Of a stretch of DNA of 56,719 nucleotides, positions 36,296 to 46,305 are shown one piece after another. The stretch covers positions 1 through 56,719 of the forward strand of contig JACOWN010000006.1 in NCBI GenBank assembly GCA_016176785.1, given 5' to 3'. The translations under genes and the position numbers were made by a program. The stretch comes from Parcubacteria group bacterium (GTDB lineage Bacteria; Patescibacteriota; Minisyncoccia; Phycocordibacterales; UBA2135). Every line of letters starts with the position of its first letter. Positions within the stretch are counted from its first letter, which is position 1. The notes under the pieces are model-generated. The model did not search any database. It was not told the origin of the DNA and saw only the letters and a list, made by a program, of their open reading frames with translations.

Positions 36296-37600
36296 ATGAT
36301 GGACCTCAAAGCATTGAACGCCGCGCTCGACCAGCTGCAAAACGAGCGCGGGATTCCCAAAGAAAAGATCAAAGAAGCCATTGAAGATGCGCTTGCCGCC
36401 GCATACAAGAAGGATTACGGGAAACGCGGGCAGGTCATTAAAGCGCTCTTTGACCCGGGAACCGGCAAGACGGAGTTTACGCAGGTAAAAACCGTCGTTG
36501 ACCCCGAGCAAGTCCGCATGCCGGAGGAAGGCGAAGAAATTGAAGAAACGCCCAAAGAAGTCCCCGCAAAGGAAGCGCCGCGCGAGGGGGGCGGCGGAGA
36601 AGCCGTTCCCGACGGGACGGAAACGCCGCTCGAGGAGCAAAAAGTGCGCTTCAACGAAGAGCAACACCTCTTGCTTTCCGATGCGCAAAGGATCAAGCGC
36701 GACGCGAAAGTGGGCGACGAGATCGTGTTCCCTCTTGAATCGCGCGATGATTACGGGCGCATCGCGGCGCAAACCGCGAAACAAGTGATCATCCAGCGCA
36801 TCCGCGAAGCGGAGCGCATCGCGGCATCCGACGAATATGAGAAAAAACGCGGTGAGATCGTCTCCGGCGTCGTGCAACGCATTGAGCGCGGCAACATTTT
36901 TGTGGACCTCGGGCGCACAACGGCGCTTTTGCCGCGCGAGGAACAGATCCCGGGCGAATATTACCGGCAGGGCGAGCGCGTCCGCGCGTATCTCTATGAC
37001 ATAGAAGAAACGCCGCGCGACATAACGCTGCGGCTTTCCCGCTCGCATCCGCGCTTTCTCGCAAAACTGCTTGAAATTGAAGTCCCCGAAATTGCGAACG
37101 GCGTCGTTTTGGTAAAAGCGGTCGCGCGCGAGCCCGGCTCGCGTTCAAAAATCGCGGTTGCTTCAAACGACGAGCACATAGACCCCGTCGGCGCCTGCGT
37201 CGGCCAGCGCGGCGTTCGCGTTACGGCGGTGATGAATGAACTCGGCGGAGAAAAAATTGACATCATTGAGTGGTCGCCGGAAACTGCGGCGTTCATTGAA
37301 CGCGCTCTCTCTCCCGCGCGCGTGCTTGAGGTGTCGCTTGACGAATCCGAACGCCGCGCGCGCATAGAAGTCAGTCCCGACCAGTATTCGCTCGCCATCG
37401 GCAAGGGCGGGCAGAACGCGCGGCTTGCCGCGCGTTTGACCGGCTGGCGCATAGACATCCGCGAATCAACAGGACGGCAGGAAACAACGGCTGACGAAAC
37501 GGAAGCCGTTGAAAAAGACGCCGCAAGCGACGACAAAAACGACCCCGCGGGAGCCGGCGGCGGAGAATCTGCGGAGGGAGAAAGTGCGAAAAAAGAATAA
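36296..37600 (+). CDS. nusA: Transcription termination/antitermination factor NusA
   Basis: Start set at [34 protein letters not shown]1 and KH regions are present, with an acidic C-terminal tail. The upstream 148 codons of the tracked ORF were discarded. Confidence 0.93.
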   Translation: MMDLKALNAALDQLQNERGIPKEKIKEAIEDALAAAYKKDYGKRGQVIKALFDPGTGKTEFTQVKTVVDPEQVRMPEEGEEIEETPKEVPAKEAPREGGGGEAVPDGTETPLEEQKVRFNEEQHLLLSDAQRIKRDAKVGDEIVFPLESRDDYGRIAAQTAKQVIIQRIREAERIAASDEYEKKRGEIVSGVVQRIERGNIFVDLGRTTALLPREEQIPGEYYRQGERVRAYLYDIEETPRDITLRLSRSHPRFLAKLLEIEVPEIANGVVLVKAVAREPGSRSKIAVASNDEHIDPVGACVGQRGVRVTAVMNELGGEKIDIIEWSPETAAFIERALSPARVLEVSLDESERRARIEVSPDQYSLAIGKGGQNARLAARLTGWRIDIRESTGRQETTADETEAVEKDAASDDKNDPAGAGGGESAEGESAKKE

Positions 37601-37640
37601 ATGTGGTATCGTAAATCATACATCTTGCGTCATAAATCTT

Positions 37641-38177
37641 ATGAATCTTTGGCATAATGTGAAGGCGGGAACGGCCGAAAACATGAACGTCATCGTTGAG
37701 ATCCCCAAGGGGTCGCGCGTTAAATATGAACTGGATAAAGAAACCGGCCTTATTAAGTTTGACCGCGTCCTCTACTCGCCCATGCATTACCCGACAAATT
37801 ACGGGTTTGTGCCGCAAACTCTCTGGGAGGACGGCGACCCGCTTGACGTTTTGGTGCTTGCGTATGAGCCGCTCATTCCCGGTTCGCTCGTTGAGGCGCG
37901 CCCCATCGGCATGTTGCCGATGACGGACGGCGGCGAGGACGATGTCAAAATACTCGCGGTGCCGACCGCCGACCCCCGATTTGCAAACACAAAGGACATT
38001 GCAAACCTTGAGCCGCATCTGCTTGACGAGATCCGACATTTTTTCAGCGTATACAAAGACCTTCAAAAAAAAGTGGTTTCCGTCGGCGATTGGAAGGAGT
38101 CCGAGGAAGCCAAGCGAGCGGTTGAGCGCTCTCTTGCTCTCTATCAAGAAAAATATCCCGAAGGCAACACCGGTTGA
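37641..38177 (+). CDS. ppa: Inorganic pyrophosphatase (family I)
   Basis: Start set at [31 protein letters not shown]...[23 protein letters not shown]. Confidence 0.94.
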   Translation: MNLWHNVKAGTAENMNVIVEIPKGSRVKYELDKETGLIKFDRVLYSPMHYPTNYGFVPQTLWEDGDPLDVLVLAYEPLIPGSLVEARPIGMLPMTDGGEDDVKILAVPTADPRFANTKDIANLEPHLLDEIRHFFSVYKDLQKKVVSVGDWKESEEAKRAVERSLALYQEKYPEGNTG

Positions 38178-38238
38178 CATTTTTGCGTTTTGCGATATAT
38201 TACCCACACGTTCTAAAAATAATCACACAGTCAAAATC

Positions 38239-39105
38239 ATGACACGATACGCATCCTTCTTCTTCATCGCCGCCCTTGTGGTCGCAGCCGCGATGCTGAC
38301 GAACGCATCCGCGGCGCATGCGCAATACGCGCAAACGTCACGAGCCGCGGAGCAAAATCAAAATGAGCGTAAAACGAATCTCTTGGAGCGCGTCAAATCA
38401 CAAATCGCTCCTCAAGCGCCCACCGCCGCTCCGCGAGCGCCTGTTCCTGAGGTCAAGAACGCCGAACGGGACGCGCCGATTAAAGACGCCGCGGCGAAAC
38501 GCACGGAGCGCGCACTTCCCGTTAATGCCGTTAATGCTACCAATAATGCCGACACGCGCGCGGATGCTCTCAAGGGTAAGACGGAAACCGCAGAGCGAGA
38601 GACACGCCCCGTAGTGCAAAAAACCGCCGCCGAGCGCGAGATTGAGGCGGCAAACCGAGAGGCGGAACGTCAGGCAAAACTCAAAGAGCGCGAAGAAAAA
38701 CGCCGGGAACTCATCAGGGCATACTTCACGCGAATGACACATCGGCTTGATGCCGCGGTGGAACGGCTCTCTACGCTGGCGGACCGAATTTCTTCGCGGC
38801 TTGACAAGTTTGAGTCGCGCGGCGCCAAAGTTTCCGCCGCGCGGGATGCGCTTGCCGCCGCGCGGGAACGGATCACCGCCGCGCGAGGACGCCTTGCCGA
38901 ACTCGCCGCGGACATTGAAACGCTCGTAACGGCGGAACAGCCGCGCGATGCGTTTCAAAACGTGCAAACGGCGATCAAAAACGTCGCGCAGGACATTAAA
39001 GACGTCCACGGCGCGTTGGTTGATGTTATCGTGATGTTCAAGGGGATGTCGTCGGCGAACGCGGAAACGGAACAAACGACATCGGGCTCTTCTTCAGGAG
39101 AATAA
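38239..39105 (+). CDS. Secreted coiled-coil / low-complexity protein (288 aa)
   Basis: Start set at MTRYASFFFIAALVVAAAMLTNASAAHA (signal peptide). The body is A/E/R/K-rich and helical-looking. Confidence 0.7.
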   Translation: MTRYASFFFIAALVVAAAMLTNASAAHAQYAQTSRAAEQNQNERKTNLLERVKSQIAPQAPTAAPRAPVPEVKNAERDAPIKDAAAKRTERALPVNAVNATNNADTRADALKGKTETAERETRPVVQKTAAEREIEAANREAERQAKLKEREEKRRELIRAYFTRMTHRLDAAVERLSTLADRISSRLDKFESRGAKVSAARDALAAARERITAARGRLAELAADIETLVTAEQPRDAFQNVQTAIKNVAQDIKDVHGALVDVIVMFKGMSSANAETEQTTSGSSSGE

Positions 39106-39138
39106 CGCGCTATTTTATACGCTCATTAATACAGTACC

Positions 39139-39504
39139 ATGCCAGAAAACTCTCCTTCTTCATTTGAATCAAACACTATGCAAAACACGCGCACATCACC
39201 CCGCACACCCGAGACGCACGGTGAGCGGCCCATGGGCCCGATCGTTGGAATAGCGCTCATCATTATCGTGCTCGCACTCGGCGGTTTCTATTTCTGGGGC
39301 AAAGAACTCGTGCAGCAAGGAGATACTGCGGAAATCCCAGCAGCGGCGGACGTGTTGCAGGAAGCAGACGCCCAACTGGAGTCATTGAACCAGCAAGGGA
39401 CTTCGGACGAAGTGCAAGCGATAGAAAACGACCTCACCGCAACTGACCTGGATGGCCTTGACGCGGAACTTAAACAAATAGAAGCCGAACTCAAAAATCT
39501 GTAA
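39139..39504 (+). CDS. Single-pass membrane protein with an acidic C-terminal region (121 aa)
   Basis: PMGPIVGIALIIIVLALGGFYFWG, then a D/E/Q-rich tail. Confidence 0.65.
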   Translation: MPENSPSSFESNTMQNTRTSPRTPETHGERPMGPIVGIALIIIVLALGGFYFWGKELVQQGDTAEIPAAADVLQEADAQLESLNQQGTSDEVQAIENDLTATDLDGLDAELKQIEAELKNL

Positions 39505-39510
39505 CAAACA

Positions 39511-39545
39511 ACAAAACAGCCCCGCTTAGCGGGGCTGTTTTGTTG
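39511..39545. terminator. Bidirectional rho-independent terminator shared with hup
   Basis: aaaACAGCCCCGCttaGCGGGGCTGTtttg. Confidence 0.85.
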
Positions 39546-39571
39546 TTGTTCGTCTTAAATCCGCAAAATCT

Positions 39572-39850
39572 TTATTTCACCGCTTCCTTGAGCGCCTTTG
39601 CTGCCCGGAACTTGGGAACGCGCATGGCGGGAACATGCACCGCCGCGCCCGTCTTCGGGTTGCGCGCCGTGCGCGCCGCGCGCTGCTTGGCGACAAAAAC
39701 GCCGAAACCGGCAACCGACACTTCGCCGCCCGACTTCATCGTGTCCATGATCGTTTTAAAAATCGTATCGACGGCTCGTTCCGCGTCTGCTTTTGTGCTG
39801 CCCAGAACTTCGTGGACCGCATCAACGAGAGAAGCTTTATTTTTCATCAT
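39572..39850 (-). CDS. hup: DNA-binding protein HU
   Basis: ...VSVAGFGVFVAKQRAARTARNPKTGAAVHVPAMRVPKFRAAKALKEAV. Confidence 0.95.
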   Translation of the reverse strand: MMKNKASLVDAVHEVLGSTKADAERAVDTIFKTIMDTMKSGGEVSVAGFGVFVAKQRAARTARNPKTGAAVHVPAMRVPKFRAAKALKEAVK

Positions 39851-39967
39851 AACGTGGAAGGGATGTGTTATTACTACTTTCCCTTAAAGATTAAACGACC
39901 CTAATAAAGAATTGAATGCTTTTTATACGCTCCCCGCATCGGGAAGGGCTTTCAGTATTCTTCTGGG

Positions 39968-39996
39968 ATTATACCGTAAGGGTTTTTGGGGGGCAA
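39968..39996 (-). promoter_or_regulatory. Sigma70-like promoter for hup (TTGCCC-N17-TATAAT)
   Basis: The reverse complement reads TTGCCCcccaaaaacccttacggTATAAT. Confidence 0.5.
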
Positions 39997-40008
39997 GCGG
40001 CCTGTGCA

Positions 40009-41538
40009 TTATCGGGCATACTCAACGACGTGGGTCTCCCGAATCACATGAACCTTAATCTCCCCGGGGTATTTAAGCTCCTGCTCTGTCCGTACCGCGA
40101 TATCGCGGGCCATTTTCTTCGCTTCAAGGTCGGAAATCTTGTCCGGATAGACGAAAACCCTTATTTCTCGGCCTGCTTGGATCGCGTAGGCCTTTTCAAC
40201 CCCCTCAAAGGATGTCGCGATGGCCTCAAGGTCGGCGAGCCGCCTCAGGTAGTTTTCCACCGTATCGCGCCGCGCCCCCGGGCGGCCTCCCGAGATCGCA
40301 TCGGCGACCTGGACAATTACCGACTCTATTGTCTCGTATGGATATTCCTCGTGATGCGCCTGCATCGCCTTTACAACCCGCTCGTCAGCGCCGAATTTCT
40401 GCAGAATGCGGCGGCCGATCTCAACGTGCGTCCCCTGGACTTCATGGTCAACCGCTTTGCCGATGTCGTGGAGCAATGCGCCGGTTTTAGCGACGGCAAC
40501 GTCGGCGCCCAATTCTTCCGCAAGCATACCTGCGATGTGCGCCATTTCAATTGAGTGCTGGAGAACATTCTGCCCGTAACTGGTGCGGAAATACAGCCGG
40601 CCGAGAATGGAAACAAGCCGCGGGTCAAGATTATAGGCGCCGCACTCGTATGCCGCTTGCTCTCCCTTTTCCTTAATGATGCGGTTGATCTCGTCGCGCG
40701 CCTTCGTCACGAACTCCTCAATGCGCGCCGGTTGGATGCGGCCGTCCAAAATGAGATTTTCCAGAGCGATGCGGGCGATCTGCCGCCGCACGGGGTCAAA
40801 CGAAGAAATGACGACGGCGCCCGGCGTGTCGTCAACAATGAGCTCAACGCCCGCCGCTCGTTCAAAGGCGCGAATATTCCGCCCTTCCTTGCCGATGATC
40901 TTCCCCTTGATGTCATCGTTGGGAATTGAGACAAGCGACGTCATCACGTCATTCGGCACCGCATTGCCGAGACGATGAATGACCGTGGTCAGGATCTCCT
41001 TTGCGCGCTGTTCAAGGCGTTCATTCGCCGTATGCTCCAGCTTTTGAAGCCGGATAAGCAGGTCTTCCTCGCTCTGCCGCTCAAGCGCGGACAGTAACTC
41101 GTTTTTCGCCTCTGCGGCGGAAAGGCCGCCGACGCGTTCAAGCGCTTTTTGCTTTTCCGCCTCAAGCGCAAGCGCGCGCTCTTTGATGGTTTTTACCTCG
41201 TCAATTTTTGTCCTGACGCCTTCAACTTCTTTGTCAATGTCGCCCTGGCGCTTATCGAGCAATTCTTCTTTTTTGACGAGCCGCTCGCTCGTGCGTTTGA
41301 ACTCGTCTTCCTTCTCACGCTCGGTGCGCCGCGCTTCCTCCGTTATCGCAAGCGCTTTTTGTTCCGCTTCCTCAAGAACCTCTTTTGCTTTTTCACGCGC
41401 CTCAAGCTCCATTTGCTTGACGGCGAGCTCAATAGAGCCGCGCTTTCCGAGCGAAACGAGCCAGCGCAAAAAATAACCGAAGGCAAGCCCGAAGAGGCCC
41501 GCCGTCCCCGCGATCAATATGAATAATTTTAAACTCAT
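40009..41538 (-). CDS. rny: Ribonuclease Y
   Basis: N-terminal TM, coiled coil, KH (IIGKEGRNIRAFE) and HD domain (HSIEMAHIAG...LLHDIGKAVDHE). Confidence 0.95.
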   Translation of the reverse strand: MSLKLFILIAGTAGLFGLAFGYFLRWLVSLGKRGSIELAVKQMELEAREKAKEVLEEAEQKALAITEEARRTEREKEDEFKRTSERLVKKEELLDKRQGDIDKEVEGVRTKIDEVKTIKERALALEAEKQKALERVGGLSAAEAKNELLSALERQSEEDLLIRLQKLEHTANERLEQRAKEILTTVIHRLGNAVPNDVMTSLVSIPNDDIKGKIIGKEGRNIRAFERAAGVELIVDDTPGAVVISSFDPVRRQIARIALENLILDGRIQPARIEEFVTKARDEINRIIKEKGEQAAYECGAYNLDPRLVSILGRLYFRTSYGQNVLQHSIEMAHIAGMLAEELGADVAVAKTGALLHDIGKAVDHEVQGTHVEIGRRILQKFGADERVVKAMQAHHEEYPYETIESVIVQVADAISGGRPGARRDTVENYLRRLADLEAIATSFEGVEKAYAIQAGREIRVFVYPDKISDLEAKKMARDIAVRTEQELKYPGEIKVHVIRETHVVEYAR

Positions 41539-41962
41539 GGCACGTTGACGCGCCGTGCTCCGTACGAGCCGTTTCTGTCTGTTCGCCGCTCGTCATCGTG
41601 CGCGCGGCACGCGCGAGGCGGGTTATGCGCGAAAAGCGGTGTTTGAAAAAAACACCTGAAGAGTAAGTGGAAGAGAAAACAAAAACAAAAATCTCAGCGG
41701 GAACGCTTCTCGAACAACGAACGACAGAATCTGCTCTCGCAACACGATACGCGTGGTCATTACGCAGAGAGTCGGGCGGTTTTTCGCGTCATACAAGCAA
41801 ACGGCATAAGAATCGTGTGCCTTCAAAGACGCCGAGGAACTGCCGTATCAGTGCACATTGGTAAAATGAAAAAAGAAAAAACGAACGATAAATCGAACCG
41901 ATCTTTTCTGACTCTCGCATCATAGCATAACGCGGTTTTCTTGTCCACCGGCGGTTCTTTTA

Positions 41963-42000
41963 CGCGAAAAACGGCGCTCCGAAAGGCGCCGTTTTTCGCG
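41963..42000. terminator. Bidirectional terminator after clpP (15-bp stem including A/U tracts)
   Basis: CGCGAAAAACGGCGCtccgaaagGCGCCGTTTTTCGCG. Confidence 0.8.
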
Positions 42001-42014
42001 TGAACCGCATTCTG

Positions 42015-42608
42015 TTACTTTGAGTTTTTGGGCTTCAAAATCTCGTCAATAACGCCGTATTTCTTCGCCTCTTCCGCCGTCATGAAGAAATCGCGGTCAA
42101 CGTCTTTCTCTATCTTTTCAAGCGACTGGCCGGTATTGTCCGCCAAAATTTTATTCAGATTGTCTTTCACGCGCAAAATATGCTTTGCGGTGATCGCGAT
42201 GTCGGATGCCTGCCCTTCCGCGCCCCCCAACGGCTGGTGTATCATTACCTCCGCATTCGGCAAACTGAACCGTTTGCCCTTCGCGCCCGACGACAAAATC
42301 ACCGAGGCGCCGGACGCCGCGATGCCGATGCAGATGGTTGAAACATCCGGCTTGATGTGCTTCATGGTGTCGTAAATCGCCATCGTCGCCGTGACGGAAC
42401 CTCCGGGAGAGTTTATGTAAACATTGATGTCCTTCTTGGGGTCTTCGGATTCAAGGAACAACAGCTGCGCGATGACGATGTTCGCGACGTGGTCGTCTAT
42501 CGGCCCGCCCAGAAAGACGATCCGGTCTTTCAAAAGCCGCGAGTAAATGTCGTACGCGCGCTCGCCGTACTGACTTTTTTCAATGACGGTTGGAATAAGA
42601 ATGGTCAT
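42015..42608 (-). CDS. clpP: ATP-dependent Clp protease proteolytic subunit
   Basis: ...[19 protein letters not shown]...[11 protein letters not shown]...MIHQPLGG... Confidence 0.96.
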   Translation of the reverse strand: MTILIPTVIEKSQYGERAYDIYSRLLKDRIVFLGGPIDDHVANIVIAQLLFLESEDPKKDINVYINSPGGSVTATMAIYDTMKHIKPDVSTICIGIAASGASVILSSGAKGKRFSLPNAEVMIHQPLGGAEGQASDIAITAKHILRVKDNLNKILADNTGQSLEKIEKDVDRDFFMTAEEAKKYGVIDEILKPKNSK

Positions 42609-42666
42609 ATGAATAAGTGTATAGTTTTTATTTTGCCTTTTACAGCGAATAATTCTTACGGAGTAA

Positions 42667-42694
42667 ACTATACCATAACGAAGAAAAAAAGCAA
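42667..42694 (-). promoter_or_regulatory. Promoter for clpP (TTGCTT-N16-TGgTATAGT, extended -10)
   Basis: The reverse complement reads TTGCTTtttttcttcgttatggTATAGT. Confidence 0.5.
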
Positions 42695-42703
42695 GGCCCT
42701 GCG

Positions 42704-43861
42704 CTACGCGCCGGACGGGGCGGCTGTATCGCTCGCATCCCCTTGCGCGGGGGCAGAGGGGTCCTCAAGAAACTCAAAGACCATCTCGTTCGTCAGCGCG
42801 TGTTCAACGTACGCGCGCGCCCGCGCGGCGTCTGCGCCCGGATACGCGTCAAGGAGTTTTTGCGCTTCGCGCGCGGCATCGTCTTCTGCCGGATGAAGAT
42901 GCTCCTTTGCCGCGATCTCCCCTATGACGAGCTGGGTCTTCACGCGTTTTACGGCATCGGCGCGCCATTCTTTTTTTATGTCGTCTTCGCTTTTGTCGGC
43001 GTGTTTGAAATAATCGTCCGGCTTCACTCCCGCAAGCGCAAGCTGGTCTTTGAATTGCGCCATCATGCGGGCTTGCTCGCTTGCGACGAGCACGTCGGGA
43101 ACGGCGATGCCGGTCTTTTCAATAAGCGCGTCAATGACTTCAAGGCGCGCGCGGTCCTTTTCTTTCAATTTCTTTTCCTCGCGCAGATTCTCGCGGATTT
43201 TATTTTTGAAATCCTCCACATTTTCAAACTTTCCGACCTTTTTAACGAACTCATCCGTCAGCTCGGGAAGTTTTTCATCCTCCTTTTTTTCCTGCGGCTT
43301 GACGGGTTGCCCGTCGGGACCGAGAATCTCGTTCTCGTTTCTGTTTGATTCCGGACTCTTGCTCCCCGACCCCGCCGAAACTTTGCTTACTCGGGCAAAG
43401 TTTCGGCGGACTTCATCAAGTGTTCGCTCCACCTCTTCATCGGTAACCACGATAGGTTCCTTTTCCCGCGAAAAGATTTTTTCGGCGATTTTTTTATAGT
43501 CGGGGAGCGCAACGGACGGCAGCACCGCCGTTTTTATGCGAAATCCGAGCGGGTTGCCGCGGGCAAGTTTTGTTATCGCAACGGACGGCTGGCCGATCGC
43601 GTCAATTTTGTGTTCCGCAAGAAGGGTCGGATACACTGCGGAGAGCGCGAGCTCCGCCATTTCGTGGAGCACCGCGTCTTCGCCGAGTTTTTGCGTAAGA
43701 ACATCCTCCGGCGCATGCCCCTTGCGGAATCCCGGGATCTCTGCGTTTTCGCCGAGTTTTTTTAACGCCCGCGCGCGGTATTTTTCAAAATCCTCTACCG
43801 GAATCTCGCCCGAGATTTCCACTTCGGAGTTTTCCAGTTGTTTGATTTCCGCATTGCTCAT
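42704..43861 (-). CDS. tig: Trigger factor (short form, 385 aa)
   Basis: Position upstream of clpP. ...[29 protein letters not shown]..., with an acidic C-terminus. Confidence 0.85.
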   Translation of the reverse strand: MSNAEIKQLENSEVEISGEIPVEDFEKYRARALKKLGENAEIPGFRKGHAPEDVLTQKLGEDAVLHEMAELALSAVYPTLLAEHKIDAIGQPSVAITKLARGNPLGFRIKTAVLPSVALPDYKKIAEKIFSREKEPIVVTDEEVERTLDEVRRNFARVSKVSAGSGSKSPESNRNENEILGPDGQPVKPQEKKEDEKLPELTDEFVKKVGKFENVEDFKNKIRENLREEKKLKEKDRARLEVIDALIEKTGIAVPDVLVASEQARMMAQFKDQLALAGVKPDDYFKHADKSEDDIKKEWRADAVKRVKTQLVIGEIAAKEHLHPAEDDAAREAQKLLDAYPGADAARARAYVEHALTNEMVFEFLEDPSAPAQGDASDTAAPSGA

Positions 43862-43915
43862 TAAGCAACCACTATATCACAAGAGGCCGCGTGGGGAAAC
43901 ACGTACGGCGATTGA

Positions 43916-44155
43916 TTATTTAAAAAACTCTTTCAACTTTTTTCTGCCAGAACTACTTTTCCACCACAATTCCCGTTTTTTGGCCTCTTGTGAATTTGTA
44001 AATTTTTCGGATAGTAAGATTTTTAGTGGCCGTCTATATTTTGTCGCTTTTACTTCGCCATTATTATGTTTCTGTAAGCGATTATTTAAATCTTTCGTAT
44101 AGCCGGTATATGTCCGCCCGTCCTTTGAGCTTAAAAGAACGTAAACAAAATACAT
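43916..44155 (-). CDS. Minimal GIY-YIG nuclease domain protein (79 aa)
   Basis: An internal ATG gives MYFVYVLLSSKDGRTYTGYTKDLNNRLQKHNNGEVKATKYRRP...E.KKRE. The upstream part of the tracked ORF runs through structured non-coding sequence. Confidence 0.8.
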   Translation of the reverse strand: MYFVYVLLSSKDGRTYTGYTKDLNNRLQKHNNGEVKATKYRRPLKILLSEKFTNSQEAKKRELWWKSSSGRKKLKEFFK

Positions 44156-44224
44156 AAAAATAGAGTGCGGGCCGCTCGCCCTGTGGGCGAAGCGAGCCCC
44201 GCAAAATTTTGCTCTGTAAAATTT

Positions 44225-44242
44225 TGCGGGATGGGAGAATCG
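44225..44242 (-). repeat. 18-nt perfect direct copy of the tRNA-Gly 3' end (T-loop/acceptor strand plus discriminator)
   Basis: tgcgggatgggagaatcg is identical to 44431-44448. Confidence 0.9.
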
Positions 44243-44365
44243 GTCACGAGTTGCTAAGCCTTTTGTTTCGCTTTGCTCACAAAAATCTAAGCACTCTCGA
44301 CCCCGCCTCGGCGACAAGCACTCCCCGCCTATCGGCGGGTCGTCTTGTATACCGCCTCCGGCTTT

Positions 44366-44380
44366 CGATTCTCCCATCCC
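44366..44380 (+). repeat. 15-nt inverted copy of the tRNA-Gly 3' segment
   Basis: cgattctcccatccc is the exact complement of 44228-44242 and of 44434-44448. Confidence 0.9.
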
Positions 44381-44430
44381 TCTACAAAAATATAGTCGCC
44401 GGAAGCTTCGCATTCGTCTCCTTATTTTTA

Positions 44431-44501
44431 TGCGGGATGGGAGAATCGAACTCCCGACCTCAGTTTGGAAAACTGATGTTATGCCATTTAACTAATCCCG
44501 C
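44431..44501 (-). tRNA. tRNA-Gly (anticodon UCC), CCA not encoded
   Basis: Hand-folded cloverleaf: GCGGGAT/ATCCCGC acceptor, GTTA/TAAC D-stem, TCAGT-TTTCCAA-ACTGA anticodon arm, GGGAG-TTCGATT-CTCCC T-arm, discriminator A. Confidence 0.88.
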
Positions 44502-44532
44502 TCAAAATCAACTATACCACGACGCCCATCCA

Positions 44533-44566
44533 CCACAAAACCCCGCCTCAAGGCGGGGTTTTGTGG
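44533..44566. terminator. Bidirectional terminator (15-bp stem)
   Basis: CCACAAAACCCCGCCtcaaGGCGGGGTTTTGTGG. Confidence 0.8.
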
Positions 44567-44583
44567 CTAAATCAAGAGCAAAA

Positions 44584-44721
44584 ATCACATACTGCTTCCT
44601 TCTTCTGCCGGCGCTTCCGGTGCCGCGGGGGTTTCGCCACCCTCTGCCGGTGTTGCTTCCATGCCGCCCTCTTGCGGTATGCCTTCTCCGTTCTGCGGCA
44701 TGTTCTCTGTTTCTGGATTCA
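44584..44721 (-). CDS. Possible 45-aa acidic P/E/G-rich micro-protein
   Basis: My translation is MNPETENMPQNGEGIPQEGGMEATPAEGGETPAAPEAPAEEGSSM. It is below the ORF-track cutoff, shows no clear SD, and is followed by the terminator at 44533-44566. Confidence 0.3.
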
Positions 44722-44944
44722 TATTTTTAAAAAACCTGTTTTATGTAATGTAATTAGTTATGACCCGAGCGACGACCGCCATCGCAAAGCAGCACTCGAG
44801 CCCGTTGGTGGTAATACTTACGAAAACAACTCCGCAAAATTGAGTTGTTCCATAATTTAAAGTATAGCGTCGTGATATAATTGGTCAACCAACAGCGGAA
44901 CAAATCTTTAAGAAGTCAACCTGCGATACCGTCGCGCGGCATCA

Positions 44945-44972
44945 TTGACAATCGGCCGCCCGCGCTTATAGT
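44945..44972 (+). promoter_or_regulatory. Sigma70-like promoter (TTGACA-N16-TATAGT) for the protease gene
   Basis: TTGACAatcggccgcccgcgctTATAGT, 25 nt upstream of the ATG at 44997. Confidence 0.65.
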
Positions 44973-44996
44973 GATGAAATTGCTCCGCCACCTCGC

Positions 44997-46211
44997 ATGT
45001 TCTCATTTTTTCACAAACTTATAGAGAAAGTTTTTACGCTTGGCGCCGCCGTCGCGCTTATTTTTTTTGGAGCGCCGCAGGAGATTCCGCAACCGATAAA
45101 TAGCGGGGATTCGTTCCCCAACTATGCGGCCGTTTCCACCGTTCAAAGAAACGACGCCGCGGCAACGGCGACCGAGACGCCGCCCGTCGCCCTCCGGCAA
45201 GAGAAAACGCCTGAACCCGAAATCGCGCCATTACCCGTTTCGGATGTCTTGGAAGAAGCCGCCTCCGAACCCGCTTTTTCTCCCGCGCTTATTGACGCGC
45301 TCCTTGCCCGTATCCGCGAACCGCAACACTCTGTCCGCATCAACCAGAGAGAACTTAACGAATACGCGCGCACTGCCGTCGTCAACATTTTTTGCATTTC
45401 AAAAGCCGGCGGGCTCTTTGAGCCGCTTTCCGGCAGCGGGGTTGTCATTGACCCGCGCGGCATTGTTCTTACGAACGCCCATGTCGCCCAGTATTTCCTT
45501 CTCAAGAAATATCGCGGCGTTGAAAACTTTATTGACTGCGTCATCCGCACCGGAAGCCCGGCGCGCGCCGCATACCGGGCGGAACTCATGTTCCTGTCCG
45601 GCAATTGGGTGAGGAACAATGCCGCGCTGATCGGACGCGACAATACGGAAAGCTCCGGCGAGAACGACTTTGCGCTTCTTCGCATCACCGGACCGACGAC
45701 AAATGAGGCGGCGTTTCCCGCCATATTCCCCTATCTCGCGCCCGCCGTCAAAACCGACCGCGATTTAAAAAATCTTCCGGTCTTGCTCGCAAGCTATCCG
45801 GCGGGTTTCTTGAGCGGCCTTACGACAAATAACGGCCTGTGGCTCATTTCAAGCACGGCGCTCGTAAATAACGTGTACACGTTCCGCGAAACCGAACCGT
45901 ACACTCCCGATATGGTCGGAGTCAACGGGCCGGTCGGCGCGCAGGAGGGGTCATCGGGCGGCGCGATCGTAAGTTCGGAAGACGGCTCGTTGGTCGGTCT
46001 CATCGTTACGCGCTCAGACGGCGCAACGACCGGAGAGCGGGAGCTGCGCGCACTGACTTTTTTTCATATCAACGAAAGTATTGAGGCGGAAACCAGCAAA
46101 ACGTTTACGCAATTCCTCCAAGAGGACCCCGTGCTGACAACGGAAATCTTCCAGCGCACGCTTGCGCCGCACTATACCGGCCTTCTTGAGCGTGCACTTG
46201 ACAAAAAATGA
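44997..46211 (+). CDS. Membrane-anchored trypsin-like (S1/S1C-type) serine protease
   Basis: N-terminal TM, then the catalytic triad context TNAHV...DFALLRI...GSSGGAIV. Confidence 0.8.
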   Translation: MFSFFHKLIEKVFTLGAAVALIFFGAPQEIPQPINSGDSFPNYAAVSTVQRNDAAATATETPPVALRQEKTPEPEIAPLPVSDVLEEAASEPAFSPALIDALLARIREPQHSVRINQRELNEYARTAVVNIFCISKAGGLFEPLSGSGVVIDPRGIVLTNAHVAQYFLLKKYRGVENFIDCVIRTGSPARAAYRAELMFLSGNWVRNNAALIGRDNTESSGENDFALLRITGPTTNEAAFPAIFPYLAPAVKTDRDLKNLPVLLASYPAGFLSGLTTNNGLWLISSTALVNNVYTFRETEPYTPDMVGVNGPVGAQEGSSGGAIVSSEDGSLVGLIVTRSDGATTGERELRALTFFHINESIEAETSKTFTQFLQEDPVLTTEIFQRTLAPHYTGLLERALDKK

Positions 46212-46305
46212 TTCAATACTCCGAGCTATTTTTTGTTTGACGCTTCAAAAATAAACGCGTTACTGTTAAGGAAGAAGGAAGCGGCTTGAAGAGGCGGGTT
46301 TGACA

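Noticed and set aside
38519-38545. Short tandem repeat cgttaatgc cgttaatgc and other low-complexity repeats in 38239-39105.
   Set aside because: It lies inside a low-complexity coiled-coil coding sequence, has only two units, and is not CRISPR-like.
44431-44501. Initial reading of this tRNA as tRNA-Trp (CCA).
   Set aside because: Refolding with a 5-bp anticodon stem (TCAGT/ACTGA) gives the loop TTTCCAA, so the anticodon is UCC (Gly). The GCGGGA acceptor is also Gly-like.
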